A stretch of DNA of 64,000 nt from Dehalococcoidia bacterium. Its GTDB lineage: Bacteria > Chloroflexota > Dehalococcoidia > Lucifugimonadales > UBA2962. This document shows positions 58,053-64,000 of the stretch, in pieces. Position 1 is the stretch's first letter. Every line of letters starts with the position of its first letter. The stretch covers positions 10,915 through 74,914 of the forward strand of contig DAOUKM010000003.1 in the NCBI GenBank assembly GCA_034421295.1. Reading direction: 5' to 3'. A program made the translations under genes and the position numbers. Under the pieces are notes generated by a model that was given only the letters and a program-made list of their open reading frames with translations, made no database searches and was not told where the DNA came from.

Positions 58053-58991
58053 CTAGCCGATGGGCGGGAGCCCTTCGCCACGCCGGACGTCGTTCAGCGT
58101 CTCCAGCACGCGCTGCCGGAACGGCGCGTACTCGACCTCGAACTCCTCCACGAGCCGCGAGTTGTCCATCAGGAATAGCTCCGACGAGTCCCGTCCGCCC
58201 TCGTCCTCGTCGAAGGCGATCTCCGCCTCCGGCAGGAACTCCCGCACGATGCTCGCGAGCTCTCCCAGGCTCGTCGAGTTCCCGCCCGAGTTGTAGATCG
58301 GATAGGCCGTCTCCTCGGCCAGCGTCACCCGCAGAAACACCTCCGCGATGTCCTCCACGTGCAGCGGCAGCGTCATCGTGTCCCGGTGGGGGAAGCGCAC
58401 GGGTTCGCCTCGCGCCGGCAGCACCTGGCACTGCACGTGGTTCATCGACCCGCGCTCCTTGTCCGGCCCCGTGATATTCACGGGACGCACCCCGGTGATA
58501 GCCATGTCGAACGCGCGGTTGTACCACTCCGCCTGGTGCTCATTGAATATCTTCGAGACGGCGTAGATGCCCGTGCCCAGGCAGGGGTCGTCCTCCGTCA
58601 CGGCGCGCTCGCCGTGCAGGCGCTGCGGCCCGTAGACGGTGAGCGAGCTCGCGTACACCACGCGCCGAATCCCGAGGATGCGGGCGGCCTCGAAGCAGTT
58701 GTCCATCCCGAGGATATTCAGCCGCACCTGCGGATGCGGGTCGCTCTCGCCCGCTCCCAGCGCATAGGCGAGGTTCAGAACCCGGTCCGGCTTGCTCAGC
58801 GTCAGCGCCTCGACGACGTCGTCCATGAGCGTGATGTCGCCGTGCATGATCTGGATCCGGTCGCGCAGCGGGTCGAGCGCTGGGGCATCCGGCGCGATGT
58901 CCATGCAGTGGACCTCGTGCCCGTGCTCCACCAGTCGCCGCATCACCCGCGGCCCGATGAATCCGCTCCCGCCAAGAACTGCAACGCGCAT
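58053..58991 (-). CDS. NAD-dependent epimerase/dehydratase family protein
   Basis: VAVLGGSGFIG, VVYASSLTVYG, YAVSK. Confidence 0.92.
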   Translation of the reverse strand: MRVAVLGGSGFIGPRVMRRLVEHGHEVHCMDIAPDAPALDPLRDRIQIMHGDITLMDDVVEALTLSKPDRVLNLAYALGAGESDPHPQVRLNILGMDNCFEAARILGIRRVVYASSLTVYGPQRLHGERAVTEDDPCLGTGIYAVSKIFNEHQAEWYNRAFDMAITGVRPVNITGPDKERGSMNHVQCQVLPARGEPVRFPHRDTMTLPLHVEDIAEVFLRVTLAEETAYPIYNSGGNSTSLGELASIVREFLPEAEIAFDEDEGGRDSSELFLMDNSRLVEEFEVEYAPFRQRVLETLNDVRRGEGLPPIG

Positions 58992-59027
58992 GCCGCTAAC
59001 CCTCCGCTGCCGCTGACGGCGGCAAAA

Positions 59028-59124
59028 CTACAGCACCCTACCGAGGAACGCGCCTGTGTGAATCGCGTTGCGAATGCTGTTGCGACCCTGCGCGTTGCCG
59101 ACCTGGTGCACCTCGATGCCCTCG
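59028..59124 (-). pseudogene. C-terminal remnant resembling an NADH:flavin oxidoreductase tail
   Basis: EGIEVHQVGNAQGRNSIRNAIHTGAFLGRVL-stop; resembles the VH.IGD.....I..A..EG end of such enzymes; no start. Confidence 0.45.
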
Positions 59125-59464
59125 GCTCCTACAACGAATAGTGCTCCCTCGCTGCCAAATGAGAAGGATCGTCCAGGCGAAACGTATCCGGGTTGCGACC
59201 CCTGCGCAGTGCCAGCCAGTAAGTGAATAGCTGCAGCGGCACGACGTAGACTATCGGCGAAAGCGCTTCCGACACCCTCGGTAGAGTCACTGTGGCGTCC
59301 GCCACCGAAGTAATCTCCTCGTCACCCTCCACAACCAACGCCGCCAGTCCCGCCCCAGTGGCCTTCACTGCCTTCCCAATGTCCACGGCTCTGCTGTAAC
59401 CGGGCCCCGGCGGGGCGATCAGCGTAACGAAACCACGGGCGTCCGTGGCCACGAACGGGCCATG
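59125..59464 (-). repeat. Source copy of the 57486-57792 direct repeat
   Basis: Direct sequence identity to 57486-57792. Confidence 0.95.
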
Positions 59465-60208
59465 CAGGAACTGCTCCAGCTGGAAGGCCGAGGTGACGTC
59501 GTACGCAGCCTCGTTGATCTTCAGGGCAACCTCATAAGCCGTGGAGGCATTCGGCCCCCAACCTGCGAAGCAAAACCATCCATAGTCCCCTACCTTCTCA
59601 ACGAGTGACTTGACGGCATTCTCTGTTTTCAAAGCTGTAGCCACGATATCCGAGAGCCCGCTCAGCTCCTCGCCCAACCACCTGTCTTCCGAAATCCTCG
59701 AAGCCGTCAACGCAAGAGCAGCCATCGCGCCAGTGTGGCTTATCGTGAACGCCGCCGACCGGTCACGGTAGGTTGTTCTGAGCACCACGTCTGCCTGGTC
59801 GAGCCTGGCCTCCGAAGTCAGCCAAGTCACCAGCGCCGTAGAAGCCCCCGAATCCTTCGCAAGCGCCAGTGCCTCTCCTGAGTAGTGCTTGGTCCCGCTG
59901 TGCGCCATCATGATCACCAGATCATCTTCAGAAAGAGGCAGCGTATAGGAAGTGAACTCAAAAGAGTGCCAGGCCCTGGTGTCGACCAGACCCGCAGTCC
60001 TAAATAGGTGCTCACCGACCAGCGCCGCGTGCCAGGAGGTTCCTATACCGCACACATGCACCCGCCTCGCACCCGATGCCAGTCTGGCAAGCTCATCTGC
60101 GGCCGTGTACTGACTGTCCAGTATCCGGGCTATCGCATTCGGCTGGTCATGTATGCAGTCGTGCATATGGTAAGGATGGCTCTCGCGACGCGGCGGTCTT
60201 CCTGCCAT
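59129..60208 (-). CDS. Double-SIS-domain sugar-phosphate isomerase/deaminase (GlmS C-terminal-like, no GATase domain)
   Basis: CGIGTSWHAA, AHSGTK, ALKINE, EQFLHGP, VPLQLF..., GRNPD. Confidence 0.9.
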   Translation of the reverse strand: MAGRPPRRESHPYHMHDCIHDQPNAIARILDSQYTAADELARLASGARRVHVCGIGTSWHAALVGEHLFRTAGLVDTRAWHSFEFTSYTLPLSEDDLVIMMAHSGTKHYSGEALALAKDSGASTALVTWLTSEARLDQADVVLRTTYRDRSAAFTISHTGAMAALALTASRISEDRWLGEELSGLSDIVATALKTENAVKSLVEKVGDYGWFCFAGWGPNASTAYEVALKINEAAYDVTSAFQLEQFLHGPFVATDARGFVTLIAPPGPGYSRAVDIGKAVKATGAGLAALVVEGDEEITSVADATVTLPRVSEALSPIVYVVPLQLFTYWLALRRGRNPDTFRLDDPSHLAAREHYSL

Positions 60209-60603
60209 TTCTATGCTCCTGAGTCTGTCTGCATACTGGTACCGGTTGCCGGGGAGCCAATCTCAAGCGCACCTTCGACGGCGGAACAAGTATGGTGTGC
60301 TAGTGATGCCTACGAATCCCCTTCTTCGACAGTGGTTGCGGTGGAAGGTACGGGGGCTATGGGAATTAGGCTACGGAAGGTCAGAAGGTGGCCAGATGAC
60401 CGCAAGGCTGTCATGGGCCAGGCGGTCGTCGAGCATTCCCACCTGGCCTGTGTCCGACGGATGAACTCCTGCCCTACAGGCTGGGCGCGAGCTCCATGGT
60501 AGAGGTTCTTGATCTTATCAAGTCCGCTGGACCGGACCGCCCGAATTCAGGCCCGCCGACACCCGACCGAGAAAGGGCGAAGAGGCGTGCCCGGCCCGTT
60601 GGG

Positions 60604-61830
60604 CTACGGCTGCTGGCCCTCCTCCTCTTCGGGCAGGGGCCCGACCGCCAGCCAGGTGTCGGTCTCCGGGTCGTAAATCTCAGAGGTGTTGGAGCGCCCG
60701 CCCTCCTGGCCTCCCTCCAGCCCGCCGGTGATCATCACCGTGCCGTCCCCCAGGGCAGCCGCGGTGTGCTGGTAGCGCGCGGCATTGAGGTCGCCGCCAG
60801 CGGACCATGATCCGCTATCCGGGTCGTAGATCTCCGTAAGGACGTGCTCGCCGAGTCCGCCCGCGACGAGCACCTGACCGTTTGGCAACACCGTGGCGGT
60901 GTGGTCGGCCCTGGGCTCTGCGAGCGTCCCGGCCGAAGACCAAGAGCCCGCTTCAGGGTCGTATATCTCAGAGGTGTTGACCGGGTCCTTGTCGGCCCCG
61001 TACCCTCCGATCACCAGCACCCTTCCGTCGGCCAGCAGGCTGGCCGAGTGAGAGCTCCGGGCGGTGGCCATCTGTGGTCCCGAGGTCCACTCTCCCGTAG
61101 CCGGGTCGAATATCTCCACCTCGGCTACAGCCGAGATCCCGGCCCGCTTGCCCCCGGTGATGAGGACCCGACCGTCGGCTAGGAGCGTTGCGCGGTGCCA
61201 GGCCTTCTTTGCGGACATTGCGCCCGCGGGACTCCAGGCGTCGGCCCCCGGATCGTAGATCTCGGCCGCATCCAGGTAGACCGCCACCTTGCCGCCGGCA
61301 ACCATAACCCGCCCGTCGGAAAGAACGGTTGCTGTGTGATTCTGACGCCCGGTGTCCATCGAGGCGCCCTTTGACCAGGTCCCGTCGTCGGGATCGAAGA
61401 GCACACCCGACATGGGGTTCGAGTTCGAGCCGCGGCCGCCGGTGATTAGAACGCGTCCGTCGATGAGCAGCACCGCGCGGTGGTTCTCCCTTGCGAGCGG
61501 CAGCTCGGCGATCATCGTCCAGTCGCGCGTCTCCGGGTCGAATATCTCGACGGCCTCGGTGGGGGCGCCCCTTATGACCAGCCCCTTGCCTCCGGTAACG
61601 AGCACCCGCCCGTCGGCGAGCACCGTGCCCGTATGGAAGACGCGGGCCTCGGTCAGGCGCCCGGGGAGCCGCGCGTCGATCCGGGCCTGTTCGTCCTCGG
61701 CGGACTTTGAGCCCGGCCCCTGGACCACCTCTATGGGGCCCTCGTCTGTATCTCCGGCCGTAGAGCAGGCCAGCGCGGCGGTGACCAGCACCACGCTCGC
61801 AAGGATGAGCCGGATCGGGCTTGGCGTCAT
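60604..61830 (-). CDS. Kelch-repeat beta-propeller lipoprotein
   Basis: Lipobox ALAC; six R..H.A.LL.DGRVL..GG...EI(Y/F)DP....W repeats. Confidence 0.92.
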   Translation of the reverse strand: MTPSPIRLILASVVLVTAALACSTAGDTDEGPIEVVQGPGSKSAEDEQARIDARLPGRLTEARVFHTGTVLADGRVLVTGGKGLVIRGAPTEAVEIFDPETRDWTMIAELPLARENHRAVLLIDGRVLITGGRGSNSNPMSGVLFDPDDGTWSKGASMDTGRQNHTATVLSDGRVMVAGGKVAVYLDAAEIYDPGADAWSPAGAMSAKKAWHRATLLADGRVLITGGKRAGISAVAEVEIFDPATGEWTSGPQMATARSSHSASLLADGRVLVIGGYGADKDPVNTSEIYDPEAGSWSSAGTLAEPRADHTATVLPNGQVLVAGGLGEHVLTEIYDPDSGSWSAGGDLNAARYQHTAAALGDGTVMITGGLEGGQEGGRSNTSEIYDPETDTWLAVGPLPEEEEGQQP

Positions 61831-61881
61831 CAAGGCCTCTCGTTTACGAATGTCCGCCGGGGCGGTCTCGGCCCGTCGGGG

Positions 61882-63165
61882 CTATGGCTGTGCGCCCTCC
61901 TCACCGACGGTGGATGGGCCCACGGTGAGCCACTCGCCCGTGTCCGGGTTGTAGACCTCCACCGAGTCCGACCGTCTGCCGTCCTGACCACCCTCGAATC
62001 CGCCTGTGATCATGACCGTACCGTCCGGTAGCAGCTCGGCCGTGTGGTGGTAGCGAGCCAGGTTCGTATTCCCGGCCGCAGACCAGGTGCCGGCGGCGAT
62101 GTCGAACATCTCGGCGAGCGTGAATTCGCCCAGCCCTCCTGCGACCACTATGTTGCCGTTCCCAAGCGCCGTGGCGGTATGGTCCCCCCGGGGCTCCTGA
62201 AGGGTGCCCGCGCTGGACCACGTGCCGGTCGCAGGATCAAAGATCTCCGCGGTGTTGACCGGGTTCTTGTCGTCCCCGTACCCGCCGACGACCAGCACCC
62301 GCCCGTCGGGCAGGAGATTGGCCGTGTGGGAGTTGCGCGCGGTGGCCATGTCCGCCGCGGTCGACCACTCGCCGGTGGCCGGATCGTATATCTCCACCTC
62401 GGCAACGGCCGCGGTACCGGCCCTCTTGCCGCCGGTAATAAGGACGCGCCCGTCGTTGAGCAGCGTGGCCCGGTGCCAGGCCTTCTTGGCGGCCATGTTG
62501 CCCGCGTCGCTCCACTCGACCAGCTCCGGGTCGTATAGCTCGGTCGTCTCCAGGTAGAAGGCGACCTTGCCGCCGGCCACCAGCACGCGTCCGTCCTGGA
62601 GCACCGTGGCGGTATGGGAGTACCGACCGCTGTTCATGTCGGCGGCCTCTGTCCAGGTCTCGGAGTCCGGATCGAACAGGACCGTCGAAACCGGATTGGA
62701 CACCAGGCCTTCGCCGCCGGTGACGAGCACCCTGCCGTCATCCAGGAGAACCGCGCGGTGCTCCTCGCGCGCAGACGGCAGCGGGGCCGTAGCGGTCCAG
62801 TCACCGGTCGCCGGATCGAATATCTCGGCGGTGTCGCCGGGCGGCGTTGTGTAGCCTCCTCCGGCGCCGCTGCGCCCGCGACCGCCGGTCACCAGCACGC
62901 GCCCGTCGTTCATGCGGGTCGCGGTGTGGTAGATCCGCGGCTCGATAAGCCTGCCCGGAAGCCTGGCCGCAAGCCTAGCCTGCTCGTCCTCTTCGGACTT
63001 GCTGCCCGGAGCCTGAACCAGACCCTCGACCTCAGTTGCCTTCTCCTCCGTGCCCACCGCGGCGGTTTCGCCACCACCGTTACCGCCGTCGCCCCCGCAG
63101 GCTGCGGTGACGAGCAAGACGGCGAGCAGGACGAACAGAGGAATCAAGAGCCGAAACCGGTCCAT
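61882..63165 (-). CDS. Kelch-repeat beta-propeller lipoprotein (tandem paralog)
   Basis: Lipobox TAAC; same kelch repeats and the shared linker PGSKS.EDEQAR..ARLPGRL. Confidence 0.92.
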   Translation of the reverse strand: MDRFRLLIPLFVLLAVLLVTAACGGDGGNGGGETAAVGTEEKATEVEGLVQAPGSKSEEDEQARLAARLPGRLIEPRIYHTATRMNDGRVLVTGGRGRSGAGGGYTTPPGDTAEIFDPATGDWTATAPLPSAREEHRAVLLDDGRVLVTGGEGLVSNPVSTVLFDPDSETWTEAADMNSGRYSHTATVLQDGRVLVAGGKVAFYLETTELYDPELVEWSDAGNMAAKKAWHRATLLNDGRVLITGGKRAGTAAVAEVEIYDPATGEWSTAADMATARNSHTANLLPDGRVLVVGGYGDDKNPVNTAEIFDPATGTWSSAGTLQEPRGDHTATALGNGNIVVAGGLGEFTLAEMFDIAAGTWSAAGNTNLARYHHTAELLPDGTVMITGGFEGGQDGRRSDSVEVYNPDTGEWLTVGPSTVGEEGAQP

Positions 63166-63359
63166 ACAGACCTCCCCATCTCAAGCTATGCGGATGGCTG
63201 CAGGCCGGGTCGATTCCGGTGGTATCCCCGGCCCCTGCGGCCGCCGCAGATTGCGGGATTTTAGCAGCGCAGAGTGACCCGGTCAAACCCGGCCGCGCAT
63301 CCTGATGCAGTCTATAGACTGCTTACGACGGTGCCGATACCCGGGTGTCCGTCGGTCGG

Positions 63360-63632
63360 TCAGCCCTCGGCAACCCTCACCTCGGACTGGACGCTGAGCC
63401 CATGGGTGCCTCGATAAAGCTCCCAGGGCCTAAACGATTCGACGAAGGCCTTGGCCTCATCCATGGAGGCGATGCCCTTCTGGGCCCGGCCGGGATCGTA
63501 TCCAAAGGTCTGCGCAAAGGCGTCAAAGCCCCTCTTGGTCTCCCTGACGCCGCCTATCTCGGCCTGGCCCTCGGCCCCCATGTCCAGGATCAGCCTTTGC
63601 CCCTTACGTGTCTGTTGCCAGAAGACTTCCAA
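63360..63632 (-). CDS. Hypothetical protein
   Basis: 90-aa ORF with protein-like composition and host codon bias; divergent from the next gene. Confidence 0.6.
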   Translation of the reverse strand: MEVFWQQTRKGQRLILDMGAEGQAEIGGVRETKRGFDAFAQTFGYDPGRAQKGIASMDEAKAFVESFRPWELYRGTHGLSVQSEVRVAEG

Positions 63633-63671
63633 TGCCCCAACCCCTTCAGTTTGTGAGTATTATCTTTGCTA

Positions 63672-64000
63672 ATGGCTCGCGGCCTGGCAATAGCAGGTAG
63701 GGTGGCGAAGACGGCCGGAAAGACCGTGCTGGTCCTCCTCGTGCTTGCGGTGGTGCTGATCGCCGTAACGCCCCAGGGACGGACCGGCGTAAGCACCGTC
63801 ATGTTCGTCATGCAGGTGATACCCGCCGTCCCGATCAAGCCCCTTGCCTGGTTCACGGCCGACCCGGAGCGCATGGCTGTCGAGTTCGACGGGCCCGGCG
63901 GCAAGGTCGAGGCGGACGTATACGTACCCGCAGGGGACGGGCCGTTCGGGGCGATCCTCCTGTTTCTCGGTGCGAATCCCGCCGGCAGGGACGACAGCAG
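63672..64000 (+). CDS. Membrane-anchored alpha/beta-hydrolase-like protein (3'-truncated by window edge)
   Basis: ATG 63672, TM VLVLLVLAVVLIAV, then VEFDGPGGKVEADVYVP..DGPFGAILL; open to the end. Confidence 0.6.
   Translation, partial: MARGLAIAGRVAKTAGKTVLVLLVLAVVLIAVTPQGRTGVSTVMFVMQVIPAVPIKPLAWFTADPERMAVEFDGPGGKVEADVYVPAGDGPFGAILLFLGANPAGRDDS

Noticed and set aside
60213-60600. Possible gene or mobile-element remnant between the SIS and kelch genes
   Set aside because: Short ORFs on both strands match nothing I recognise.
60604-63165. Recurrent DNA motifs as a CRISPR or tandem array
   Set aside because: They are degenerate codon-level kelch repeats; no constant repeat-spacer pattern or cas genes anywhere in the window.

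Overview
High-GC bacterial chromosome segment. Gene content and protein style suggest Chloroflexota, class Dehalococcoidia, possibly SAR202-like (inference). It is mostly housekeeping genes: thrS/infC/rpmI/rplT, rnc, glyA, hpf, tmk, pdxST, gap, eno, ybeY-dnaX-ybaB-recR-recO, hflKC and tRNA-Pro(GGG). These are mixed with many paralog-type oxidoreductases and three accessory patches (about 1.7-4.6 kb, 20-22.6 kb and 55.3-60.6 kb) holding four complete toxin-antitoxin pairs plus one orphan antitoxin across the window, gene remnants and a 300-bp duplication. Main hidden signals: (1) two selenoprotein genes split by the ORF track at in-frame UGA codons, an Rdx/SelW-type CxxU protein and a DsbA-like DYxUPF protein. 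Both have a SECIS-like hairpin with the apical loop 21 nt after UGA, and the second overlaps the rnc start, suggesting selenium-coupled RNase III expression. (2) Three genes that appear to start at AUN codons: infC (ATA), a GNAT (ATA) and ybeY (ATC), a candidate IF3-sensitive gene set. (3) MshA- and MshD-like genes, an HflC with an extra C-terminal domain, a VapB-like antitoxin with an unusual N-terminal domain, and several structured leaders that match no motif I recognise. All family assignments come from motifs I recognised by eye; no database searches were run.
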